Below, piece by piece: positions 49,250 through 59,139 of a stretch of DNA of 64,000 nucleotides (positions are counted from its first letter, which is position 1; every line of letters starts with the position of its first letter). The stretch lies in contig NW_003314381.1 of the NCBI RefSeq assembly GCF_000143415.4, forward strand, positions 298,811 to 362,810. Direction: 5' to 3'. The notes under the pieces were generated by a model that was not told where the DNA came from, ran no database searches, and saw nothing but the letters and a program-made list of their open reading frames with translations. This DNA is from Selaginella moellendorffii. Taxonomy: Eukaryota > Plantae > Lycopodiophyta. Both the position numbers and the translations under genes were made by a program.

Positions 49250-50290
49250 TTATATTTTATATTGTCCAAGAAACTTTTTAAAAGAAATAAGGGATTGTAT
49301 GATGAAACGTCTAGAATCCTTAAGAAACAATACATCTGAAGGGTCAGCACAGAGAAACTTTTTGGAACGGAATTTCTTCACCTTAGTGATAAATGTAGGC
49401 CTTTTACCTTCTTTGACGCAATCAGCCAAAGTTTTTCTCATGCTGATGAGATAAAACCAAGGAAGAGTTCCCACAAAAACGATTCCAGGAAATACAATAT
49501 CTTCCAGTGGTACACGTAGGTCATAGAGCTCATGTAGCCTTTCATTATCTTGCATTGCAGCTATGGATTCTGCCATGAGTTGAGCTTCAGGATTATGAAG
49601 ATGATCAGAGGTTATGTCTTCATCAGAGGTTTTGTCTTCAGTAGCTACCATGATCTTTACCATGGTCACTTCATCTTCCACACACAAATCTGAACTTACT
49701 TCCTTTTGGCCGTCTAACATCTGCAGTGGAATGGTGACCCTAGTCCTTATAGAGGAACCATTCCTGTCATAATCTAAGAACTCCAACAACCTCTTACCCA
49801 CATCGATGGCACAAGACTCACGTCTCCGGTGAGCTCTATTGGCAGAGATGATGTCCTTCACAAGTAATTCTACAACACGAGACCTAAATGAGATCTCTGC
49901 ACTAGATGAGCTCAAGTAAACGTCTATAAGATCCAGATCTAAAAACTCTTGAACTTCCTCTGCAAAGACAGTGCATGGTGGTTCACCAAAGAATTCCTCA
50001 AAGGACCTAACTTGCGTGATCTCGAATTTAAAGAAACCCAATTCCCTGTCGACCCAAGAAGATCCCATTTCCCTGTTAGCCCGAGAAGATCCCACTTCCC
50101 TGTGAGCCCGAGAAGATCCCACTTTCCTGTGAGCCCGAGAAGTTCCCACTTCCTTGCCCTCGTCTGACTCTTTCCTTTTCGTCCTTGCCATAGGGTTCCT
50201 TTCAGACTCTTTCCTCTTCCTCTTTGCCATAGGGTTCTTTGCCATAGGGTTCCTTTCAGGGTTGATACGTTTTATACGTGGCAAGGGCAA
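49250..50290 (-). CDS. Intronless 346-aa protein, probable PD-(D/E)XK restriction-endonuclease-like fold with a basic repetitive N-terminus
   Basis: Open ORF with a decayed paralog. Motifs SSDLCV, VATEDK, PEAQLMAESIAA and PGIVFVGTLPWFY resemble, from memory, a family of fungal hypothetical proteins (KTDVC..QEDK..PQLIAEAIAA..PGI..GT.P.FY). NLS-like KRKRKE. Confidence 0.65.
   Translation of the reverse strand: MPLPRIKRINPERNPMAKNPMAKRKRKESERNPMARTKRKESDEGKEVGTSRAHRKVGSSRAHREVGSSRANREMGSSWVDRELGFFKFEITQVRSFEEFFGEPPCTVFAEEVQEFLDLDLIDVYLSSSSAEISFRSRVVELLVKDIISANRAHRRRESCAIDVGKRLLEFLDYDRNGSSIRTRVTIPLQMLDGQKEVSSDLCVEDEVTMVKIMVATEDKTSDEDITSDHLHNPEAQLMAESIAAMQDNERLHELYDLRVPLEDIVFPGIVFVGTLPWFYLISMRKTLADCVKEGKRPTFITKVKKFRSKKFLCADPSDVLFLKDSRRFIIQSLISFKKFLGQYKI
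50037..50153 (-). repeat. 27-bp coding repeat (EVGSSRAHR-like, about 4 units)
   Basis: KEVGTSRAHR-KVGSSRAHR-EVGSSRANR-EMGSSWVDR; a single unit in copy A. Confidence 0.85.
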
Positions 50291-50588
50291 GGCACAATCC
50301 GTAATCTGAGCTCGAGTCTGTCAGTGGTCTGTCACTCGCGAAGATGGCTTTTTGCTAGGAACTCATTGTGCTGGTGAACTTGTCTAATTGAGACTGAACT
50401 CCCTTCAATGCTGCAGCTTTACGTCCCAGCGAGGGATTCTCAATCGAATGCCGTGTGAGATATTCTCACCTGGCACTTGCCCACTCAGGGCAACTGTCGC
50501 GCTTGTTTGGCGGAAAACCAACTCAGAAATCTCTGAGCACTCTCAGGCTGGCAAAGTTTCGTTAATGCAGAACATTTGATTTGGTTCC

Positions 50589-51335
50589 ACAATGATAAAA
50601 GTTTTTAAAACACTCTTCACGGATGACTCCCTTTTCTATGATCATGCAAAAGTATCCGGCTTGGGATGGTGAGCTAATCATCTTCTATAAATCGTTTCTT
50701 TTGAGTGTTTTCCAAGTACATAAACTCAGGTTTATGAACCAAGCTTCTTGATCGAGAAAAAGCAGTGGAAGGCTGTGATCGATCATCCGCAGGCGTAGCA
50801 ATGGATTTGAAACGAAAAGCACAAAACCAAGCTTCGGAAGGGATGCAAGCGATCCGGAAAGCACTATTTTGCTCATCTTGCCAGGGGACTTGCGTAAACA
50901 AGGACGACATTGTGATGTTCAAGCAGGTTCTTGATTTCGTAGTTTCTCCAGGCAGTTCTTATTTCCTTGCGCTCGATTCTGCAGATTGCATTCGAACTGG
51001 ATTTCACTGTCTGCCCGTTGCTATCAAAGTAAAACAAGATAATTGTCCACGCTAAGTCTATACTTTTCATCTCGATTGACTTTAAGTTTTTTCTTTCGTT
51101 TAGCTGAGGCTGATGACATCCTGGGTAGTCGTTTGCGATGTCTGGTATGTGGAGCCACAAACAAACGATGCACCAATAGGATTCTCAAAGAAGCATGCAA
51201 AGAGCACTCTTTTTCGTCATAAATTTATATTCTATATTCCTTTCAGAGTCTGCGATAGCGAAACGAGCTAAAGTTACAAAAGTCGCTTTGAAATACTAAC
51301 GTCCAAGCTCGAAACTCACAGAAGAAGAATAACAA
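50589..51335 (+). pseudogene. GPAT9: Third GPAT9 3' fragment (frameshifted)
   Basis: GTCVNKDDIVMFKQ, AFELDFTVCPVAIK, LRLMTSWVVVCDVWYVEPQ. Confidence 0.8.
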
Positions 51336-52460
51336 CTCAACGTGGTGCCATTGGAAAATGTAAGATTCTTGCTTTGTTTTGTCTAAGTTTTGCGTGGAAA
51401 GCCTGTAGCTTACGCGTTTTTCCTCCACGGGCCAGAGAAACTCCCCTAGATCATGCTAAGAAGATTAAAAACAAAGACAAATCCATGGAATGATCGACGG
51501 GGTATTTTTCTTGCGTTTTTTATTTTTTGTTTCGATGAAAGAAGAAAAAATCTCCGCTCCTCTCATGTGCAATAATGGGCCGGCTTGGACCATTGAAATG
51601 GGAGATCATGAGCGCGTATTAAGAGAAGATTTTGAAGAAGTAGCTCTCCAACTTATAGTGGTGGTGGTCACTGTTCTTCACGCGAGCTTGCGACGTTTGT
51701 GTGTTTGTTCTCGTAGCAGTGGATCGCGACACATGTGTCAAGGACCGTTTGATAATGGGGAATCGAAATGGTGACGGCCTTGTCGTGTTGTCCCATGGCC
51801 ACTGTGGCCCAACCTCTTCGTACAACGCGCAAGAATGCCACCGTACGGTCTTGCTAAGCCAACTAAATAACAGGCGCTTGTAAGAAAAAAAGAAATTTTG
51901 TTCCTGACATGACATGAACGAATCGTAGCTAGTTATTGTTTTCTTTTGTGGCCTGCAAGGTGAGTGGATGCCAGCCGGTACTTGCCACGTGGCCGCTACG
52001 TCCACGTCATGCGGCCCGCCCGGCATTATGGCTTCCCGGGTTTGCAAGGCAATCTAGTTCGCTGGAATGTGACGCGCTAGTCCTGTCACCAAAAAGTATG
52101 AGTCTGGGATGCATATTCCGTCTGCCAGGTGGCAAGCAGCGTCAATTCTGCCGTGTGCTAACCATGGCGGCTGGCTGCATGAGAGGGAAATCAAGCCGGC
52201 TTTGCTGAGGAGCTCTTCGTCGCCACTAGGGCTAGAGACGACTAGAGATAGGGCGATGATCGATTCCTCCCCTTTCCACGCATAGATGGATCGATCGGGC
52301 GCTCTGGTAGGTATCACACGGATCTGATCTAGGCTAGATCGTACATTTGCGGGGAAGGGACAGGGATTGCGATCGATCGATCGTTCTGTGACCGAAATAT
52401 CGCGGCTAGAACAGGCTATTTCCAGGGTCGCAAAGAAATTCTAGCACAGAGGCAGCAAGA

Positions 52461-54962
52461 ATGTCCGCGCCAGCGCCTAGTCCTCCAGCCGGGGGAGGAG
52501 GAGGAGCTCCACCGCCGGCTGTTCCATCGGCTCCAGCTCCAGTGCCGCCAGTCTCACCTCCTCCTCCAGTAGCTCCCGTTGTTCCTTCCTCTCCGCCTCC
52601 TACTACTGGTCCGCCTGTCGATCCATCTCCTCCTCCTCCTCCTGTTCTTCCTGGCACACCTCCTGCTCCTCCGGCCTCTCCTCCGCCGGCTATAGTCAAT
52701 CCTCCGCAAAATCCAGCTCCAGGCACTCCATCCGCGCCAACACCGCCCATTCCATCAACGCCAACGCCTCCTTCTCGGGGATCTCCTCCGAGAACACCAA
52801 GTACTGGCAATGGTGGTGGAAACCCAGCGACTGGCGATAGCGGCGGCGGCGGCGGCAATAGCCCGATTACCACTGGCGCGATTGTGGGGATTTCCGCGGC
52901 CGGGATTTTGATCTTGATCGTGCTCGCGCTGGTGGTTTGCTGCCTCCGAAGGAAGCCCAAGAGGAAGTATAGACGAGATGACCACGAGTATGGATCCGGG
53001 CAATACAAAGCTGGTAAAGTTTCTTCCTCTCCCTTTTGCTTGCGTGCTTTTCTTCATCTTTGTTTTTCAAGCTATCTCTTTTTGCATGAGTGCTTTTCTT
53101 CTTGATAATGTTCCACTCGGCTTTTGCCAGCTTTAGGGAATGCAGGCGACATGTTCTAAAAGTTTTCTTGCGTGTTCCAGAGATGTATGAAGCTGGCAGG
53201 AGACCAAGACCAGATCATTATGGCCACAAGCCTCCTCCGCCACCACCGCCGCCGCCGCCGCCTCACAAGCATTACGCGTATGGCTCTCCAGTTCCGCCAC
53301 CACCTCCGCCACCTCCGCCGCCACCGCCGCACTATAGCAGCTCGGGAAGCCAGGATTCCTGGAGGCCAGTTCCGCCACCACCACCACCGCCCGGTATGAG
53401 CCCGGGCATGGGTAGCTCCAGGTCGTGGTTCACGTACGAGGAACTTGAGGCAGCGACTGCTGGATTCTCCAGGGCCAATCTTCTCGGCGAGGGTGGTTTT
53501 GGCTGTGTATACAAGGGATTTTTACCTGGTGGACAGGTTGTGGCTGTGAAGCAGCTTAAAGTTGGAAGCGGCCAAGGAGAGCGTGAGTTTCGAGCCGAGG
53601 TTGAGATTATCAGCAGAGTTCATCACAGGCATCTGGTTTCGCTGGTTGGATACTGCATTGCTGATGCTCAGAGGCTGCTGGTTTACGATTTCGTGCCAAA
53701 TGGAACGCTGGAGCATCACCTGCACGGTACAAGTTTTTGTCCGTGTTTTTCCTTGTTCTCAGTCTCGTTTTCTCTCTTGTTTTTTTCAGGTAAAGGTAGA
53801 CCCGTGATGGATTGGCCAACAAGATTGAAAATAGCTTCTGGTTCTGCTCGTGGACTAGCATATCTTCATGAAGACTGTAAGATCTCTATCTCTCCGTTGG
53901 AACTTAATCTAAAAGTCATTCGTTCTTGCAGGCCATCCTCGAATCATTCATCGGGACATAAAGTCGTCTAACATTCTTTTGGATAATAATTTTGACGCTC
54001 AGGTTTGTTGTTACATATTTGCTCACTTGCTTTCAATTGTAACGCTTGTCCATTACAGGTCTCTGACTTTGGGCTTGCGAAGCTCGCTTCTGACACTTAC
54101 ACACATGTCACTACTCGAGTTATGGGAACCTTCGGGTAAGGACATAACCAACCAAATATATCAGTTTCCCATATGAATTTTTCAAACTTCCAGGTACCTT
54201 GCGCCTGAGTACGCCTCCACAGGAAAACTGACGGAGAAGTCAGACGTGTACTCCTTTGGAGTCGTCCTACTGGAACTTATAACGGGAAGGAGGCCTGTAG
54301 ATACCACGCAACGTGTGGGAGACGAAAGCTTGGTCGAATGGGTGAGTCTTTGCAAAAGCTCATTCCTGGACTTTCTAAAACTTATTGCCTCTTTCAGGCA
54401 CGACCATACCTCACGCAGGCTATCGAGAATGGCGACCTCGACGGCATAGTCGACGAAAGACTAGCAAACTACAACGAGAACGAGATGCTACGAATGGTCG
54501 AGGCGGCTGCAGCCTGCGTTCGACACTCAGCCAGCAAACGCCCAAGGATGGCACAGGTTTGTTTGCCTCTTTGTTTCTCGAGCAACTACTAAACTCCTCG
54601 CATTCTTCTTTCAGGTTGTCCGCGCTCTAGAAAGCGATGGAGCAATCTCCGGCCTCAACCAAGGAGTAAAGCCAGGCCACAGCTCGAACTTCACGAGCGC
54701 GGACTACGATAGCAACCAGTACGCCTCGGACATGAAAAGGTTCCGAAAGGCGGTGTTTGGAAGCCAAGAACACGGGAGCTCCGAGCACAGTGGCCCGCCG
54801 ACGAGCGAGTATGGGATGAATCCCTCGGTGTCGAGCAGCGAAGGGATGAGTAGCATGGAGATGGAGAGGCGGCGGGCCGGGCTGCTCAGGAGTTCGGACA
54901 CGACGAGCTCCAGCGAGATCAATGCCAACACCAACACCAGTGATCGTCTCAATGGCCGGTAA
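52461..54962 (+). CDS. PERK: Proline-rich extensin-like receptor kinase (PERK family), multi-exon, apparently intact
   Basis: Pro-rich ectodomain without signal peptide, TM helix, Pro-rich juxtamembrane region. Kinase with [36 protein letters not shown] and [15 protein letters not shown]. Short GT-AG introns. Confidence 0.93.
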
Positions 54963-55098
54963 AGTTTCGAGAGGAAAGATCACAGGGAAGAAGAGAAGAT
55001 TTTTCTAAGTTACTGGCAAGAACTTTTTGATCATACGACGTTGTCTCGTTTGTACAATATATTTTATCGACCTTGGAGAGTTTCTAGGGTTCTTGGGA

Positions 55099-56037
55099 AT
55101 GGCTGCTTGGCTTCCTCTTCCTCCGCGATGGCCGGGCTTGCGCGCCTCGGTTCTTTGCAAGGCCGGGGAGAAGAAAGCGCCCGCGCGGCTCGTCCAGAAG
55201 CAGCAGATGATCTCCAGCCGGGAGGAGGCGGCGGCCGAGGCGGATTATGGCAATCAGCCCATCCCTCGGCTCTCGATCGGTGAGTTTCTTGGAGCTGGGA
55301 AGGGATTTCGGCTGAGGTTTTCGTTCTAGATCATGTGACTGTGAGCTTTGCGAGGAGTGGAGGTGCTGGCGGCCAAAATGTGAACAAAGGTTTAATTTTT
55401 TCGGTGTTTGGGACTTTGGTGATTGGAATTTCTTCTTTGACAGTGAACACGAAAGTGGACATGCGATTCAATGTGGTGAACGCGCACTGGCTTCCTCTCC
55501 AAGTGAGGAACAAGCTGCTTCAAACGGTTTGTCACGATCTTTGAAATGTGAGGCTGTCTAGTAGTTTGGAATGAGTTTTTCTATACTAATTCCATTCCGT
55601 TTCGTGAACAGGAGAAGAACCGGATCAACAGCGACGGTGAATTGGTCATTTCTTCGACAAGAACAAGGACACAAAAGTAAACCGAATGTCACAAGAGAGA
55701 AAATACTCACCTTTTCTTGCCAGGGGAAACATCGATGATGCTCTAGCTAAATTGCAGGCAGGTTTTCATCGCGCTTTGTTTCTTCGGCAGCTAAGTTTGT
55801 TTCTTCTCTTTGTTTACCAGGAATTAGTTGATGCTGCAGCTTATGTGCCACCGCCTCCATCTAAGGAGACCAAGCAACGAATTGCAAGGCTGTGAGTTAT
55901 CTTATTTCTTGCGAGTCTTTCCCAGAACTTAAACTTGGATTTTTAGTGCTGCTGCCGAAGACATGAAGAGACTCCAGTCCAAGAAACTGTCTGCTCTCAA
56001 GAAATCGGCGAGGAGAGACAAAGGAAGCTGGGACTGA
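55099..56037 (+). CDS. ICT1: Organellar peptidyl-tRNA hydrolase ICT1/ArfB (RF-1 domain, GGQ)
   Basis: Transit-peptide-like N-terminus; FARSGGAGGQNVNKVNTKVDMRF; EKNRINSDGELVISSTRTRTQKGNIDDAL; basic tail ending KGSWD*. Seven exons. Confidence 0.92.
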
Positions 56038-56112
56038 TACGAGGTAATTTTACAAGTTGTATTTCGCATGAAGCCTAACCGAAGCTACAGATTGCGAGAG
56101 AAAATCTCCTAG

Positions 56113-57233
56113 TCAACTCGGAACTTCATCTTGCTCGGAGGAGTCATCGACAAAATGACGATTTACAAGCTGAGAGACCTTGGAATGTGAACAGTGGCTC
56201 TTCTTAAACAACTCTCGCAGCTTGTCATCACACATGACATTGTGATTACCTGGTTCCTGGATCGAGAAAACGCAAACGCAACTTTTAGAGCTCTAAAACT
56301 CCCGAGAAGAAACTTGCTTTTACCTGGAGATCCTTGTCAAGGATGTACTCCCACACTCTGTCCACCGCCTCGGCTCGAGACATCGTCGTTCTATCAGTGC
56401 CGAGGAAGGATTGGAGAGCCTCGGAGATTGGATATGGAGTGAGGAAATTGGAACGCCTTGGACGATCATCAGATCGATCGAGTTTCTTCTTCTTGGGCAT
56501 GTCAATGTCCTCGTAGCCTACAAGCAAGCACACGCTAAGATCAAAGAAACAAAACAATCAAGAGAAACTCACCCTCTTCTAGCGGTAGCAGGTGATCTTG
56601 GAGAACTTTGTTAATGGTAAACATGTTGATCGAATCCACCTTGAAAACGTCGAAGAGCTTGTTTCCGGCGCACAGGATCATCTTCCTGTCGCTTGGATCT
56701 TGGAGATTGTTGTCTCGGATGTAGCGCCACAAGCATTGCACAGCCTAATCCTCGAAAAGACGAACAAGGAAAAGAATTTCTAGCTTTCATTCAACTAGAG
56801 CTTACTTCGTGTCTCCTGAGAATGTGATGCCCAGTGACCGCTCGAAGCTCCGGAGAGAGGCGAAAGGCCTTGAGGAAGCTATTGTTTCCAGGCGCCCCAG
56901 CTCTATCCGTCCCAGCAAGAGATCAATCGCAAAGAATGCCAAACGAGGAGGAAGAACTTACTGGCTCTTGCGATTGCTCTGGAGGGTGTCCTGGATCTTC
57001 TCATCTAGCGCCCGCTTGCTCTCGTCCAGCCGGATCTTCTTCTTGAAATAGAGCTTGGCGAGCCGCGCTACTTCCTTGGGCTTGACCTTCCCGGCGCCAA
57101 ATTCCTTCTCCAGAGCCTTGCGGATGGCCTTGGTCGTCACAAAGGCCGGATCGCCGCCGAAAATCGCAGCTTTCACGCGCTTGCGCAGCTGTGAGTTGGT
57201 TGGAACATCCTTGCTCAAGGGAGGACGACCCAT
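56113..57233 (-). CDS. DEK-C plus two SWIB/MDM2 domain protein (UAF30-like)
   Basis: N-terminal PTNSQLRKRV..VTTKAIRKALEKEFG (DEK-C). SWIB motifs LWRYIRDNNLQDPSDRKMILC and ISEALQSFLG..SRAEAVDRVWEYI..LQ..VMCDDKLRELF. Confidence 0.85.
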
Positions 57234-57709
57234 GAAAGCCCTAAACCCAAGAGAATATTCAGAAGCAAGATCAGAATATACTCCACAAAAGAATATTCAA
57301 AATAATAACAGAATATTCTACTAACCCCAAAAAGTTTTCACTTCTTAAAGAAAAACAAAGGTAAAACGTAAAATGTTTTTAGTTTTTTCCAATCCTTTTT
57401 TGATTTTTTTTATAAGAAGTGTTTTTCCTTTTTCTTTTTTAACTTTTCGGTGTGGCTGCTTATAAAATTAAGCGCCACAAACGCTTTTTTTTCGTATCAG
57501 ATTTTTCTTTTTTCGTATCGTATCACCACCACGGGGAAATAATCGCGCGGAGGGCCTATTGCGAGCTAAATAGGAGGTAGTATACACTCTGCTTCTACAT
57601 CTAGCTGCAGAAACAAGGAAAAAAAAAGGATCAAGAAAAAAAACAAAAAAAAAAAAACCACCAAGAATAAGTTAATAGCAAACGAGCAAGCAACTCAACT
57701 GACTCTTTT

Positions 57710-58999
57710 TCAGCAAGCCAGCGTTGCCGTCTCCCATGGCTTTGGCGTCGGGGCCTGCGATCGTTGCCATGGAGAGGGAGAAGCTTTGAGCTGCTGCTGC
57801 TCGTCTCGCTTCGCAGTCGCGGCGGTGGCGGTGGCGATGGTGGAGGATCCGTGACTGCTCGGCTTCGCCTTTTTCACAGAAGAAGGCGTCGGCGGCCTGC
57901 GCTTGAGCGAATCCACTCTCTCGAGCTTTCGCTTTGCCGGCTGCTGGTGCTGCTGCGGCTGCTGGTGCTGCTTCTTTCTGTCCAGCTTCGATCTCATCTC
58001 GGTGCACGCCTCGTGCGAGATCGGCAGCTCCGCCGGCGCGCAAGCCAGCGGCTCCGTCCACAGGTAGTCCGACAGCAGCGCCTGCTCGGCCGTGATCCGC
58101 TTCTCGGGGTTGAGCGTCAGCATCTGCTCGAGCAGATCCAGCGCTCTCGGGTCCACGTTGTTGAACGCCTTGCGCAGCCGCCGCGGCTTCTTCCCGTTCT
58201 CGGCCACGAACTTCGCGTAAACCGGCGACTTGGACACCCCCGGCCAGCTGGTCTCGTCCGGAGTGCCGCACATCTTGAAGATCCAGGACAGCTGCTGCTT
58301 CTCGTCCTTGCCCGGGAGGATCGACTGGCAGACGAGCAGCTCCGCGAAGACGCAGCCCAGCGACCACATATCCACGGCAGGGCCGTAGGACGAGAACCCA
58401 AGGAGGAGCTCCGGCGGCCGGTTCCAAAGCGTCACTACTCCACAGTGGAGCGGCCGGGGCGTCTCGGGGATGGGCGTGGACATGCCAAAGTCGGCGAGCT
58501 TGAGCACCCCTTTGCCGCTCACCAGGAGATTGGCCGACTTGATGTCCCTGTGCATCACTCCATTGAGATGGCAGTAGTGGAGGCCCTCGAGGATCTGCTT
58601 GAGGTAGCACTTGATCTCCGGGGCCGAGAACTTATGCCGGTGGATGAGCCCACAAAGGTCGTGCTTCATATACTCGAAGACTAGGAAGATGTCGGTGGCC
58701 GCGTAGATCACATCCAGGAGCTTGACAACGTGATCGTTGTTGAGCAGCCGGAGGACCTTGATCTCGATGGCAATCGACGCCGGCACATCGCGCAGCTCGC
58801 CGCCGGCCTCTCTGACCTTGAGCGTCGCCTCTTTGGGGTCGACCCTTAGCCGCTTGATCGCCACGCGCTCGCTGGTCTGCTTGTCCGTGGCCAGGAACAC
58901 CTTGCCATACTTGCCGCGGCCGATCGATTCCACTGCCACATACCTCTCAAGCGCTGGGAACTCCTGTGACAAGATTTCGCCCCCTTCGCTCACTCCCAT
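57710..58999 (-). CDS. Intronless, divergent CDKC/CDK9-like cyclin-dependent kinase (429 aa)
   Basis: GRGKYG, VAIK, LVFEYMKHDL, IKCYLKQILEGL, HRDIKSANLL, LADFG, TLWNRPPELLLG and CGTPDE..WP; C-terminal ACAPAELP..HE resembles CDKC. Confidence 0.88.
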   Translation of the reverse strand: MGVSEGGEILSQEFPALERYVAVESIGRGKYGKVFLATDKQTSERVAIKRLRVDPKEATLKVREAGGELRDVPASIAIEIKVLRLLNNDHVVKLLDVIYAATDIFLVFEYMKHDLCGLIHRHKFSAPEIKCYLKQILEGLHYCHLNGVMHRDIKSANLLVSGKGVLKLADFGMSTPIPETPRPLHCGVVTLWNRPPELLLGFSSYGPAVDMWSLGCVFAELLVCQSILPGKDEKQQLSWIFKMCGTPDETSWPGVSKSPVYAKFVAENGKKPRRLRKAFNNVDPRALDLLEQMLTLNPEKRITAEQALLSDYLWTEPLACAPAELPISHEACTEMRSKLDRKKQHQQPQQHQQPAKRKLERVDSLKRRPPTPSSVKKAKPSSHGSSTIATATAATAKRDEQQQLKASPSPWQRSQAPTPKPWETATLAC

Positions 59000-59139
59000 A
59001 GCCTATCCACAAACCCTAAAGGAATGAGCCTTATAAACCCTAATAGCCAGCCGTTGATCTCTTTTCGTCCCAGCCGTTGGATCCTAGATCTTTGTAGGAG
59101 AGCGGTTTTCGCCTTTTAGGGCTCGAAACTTTACCCGTG
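59000..59139. promoter_or_regulatory. Compact divergent intergenic region with two telo-boxes
   Basis: AAACCCTAA at 59011-59019 and 59035-59043, between ATG 58999 (-) and ATG 59140 (+). Confidence 0.5.

Noticed and set aside
57672-58684. 312-aa and 306-aa ORFs overlapping the CDK
   Set aside because: Shadow frames of a GC-rich coding sequence.
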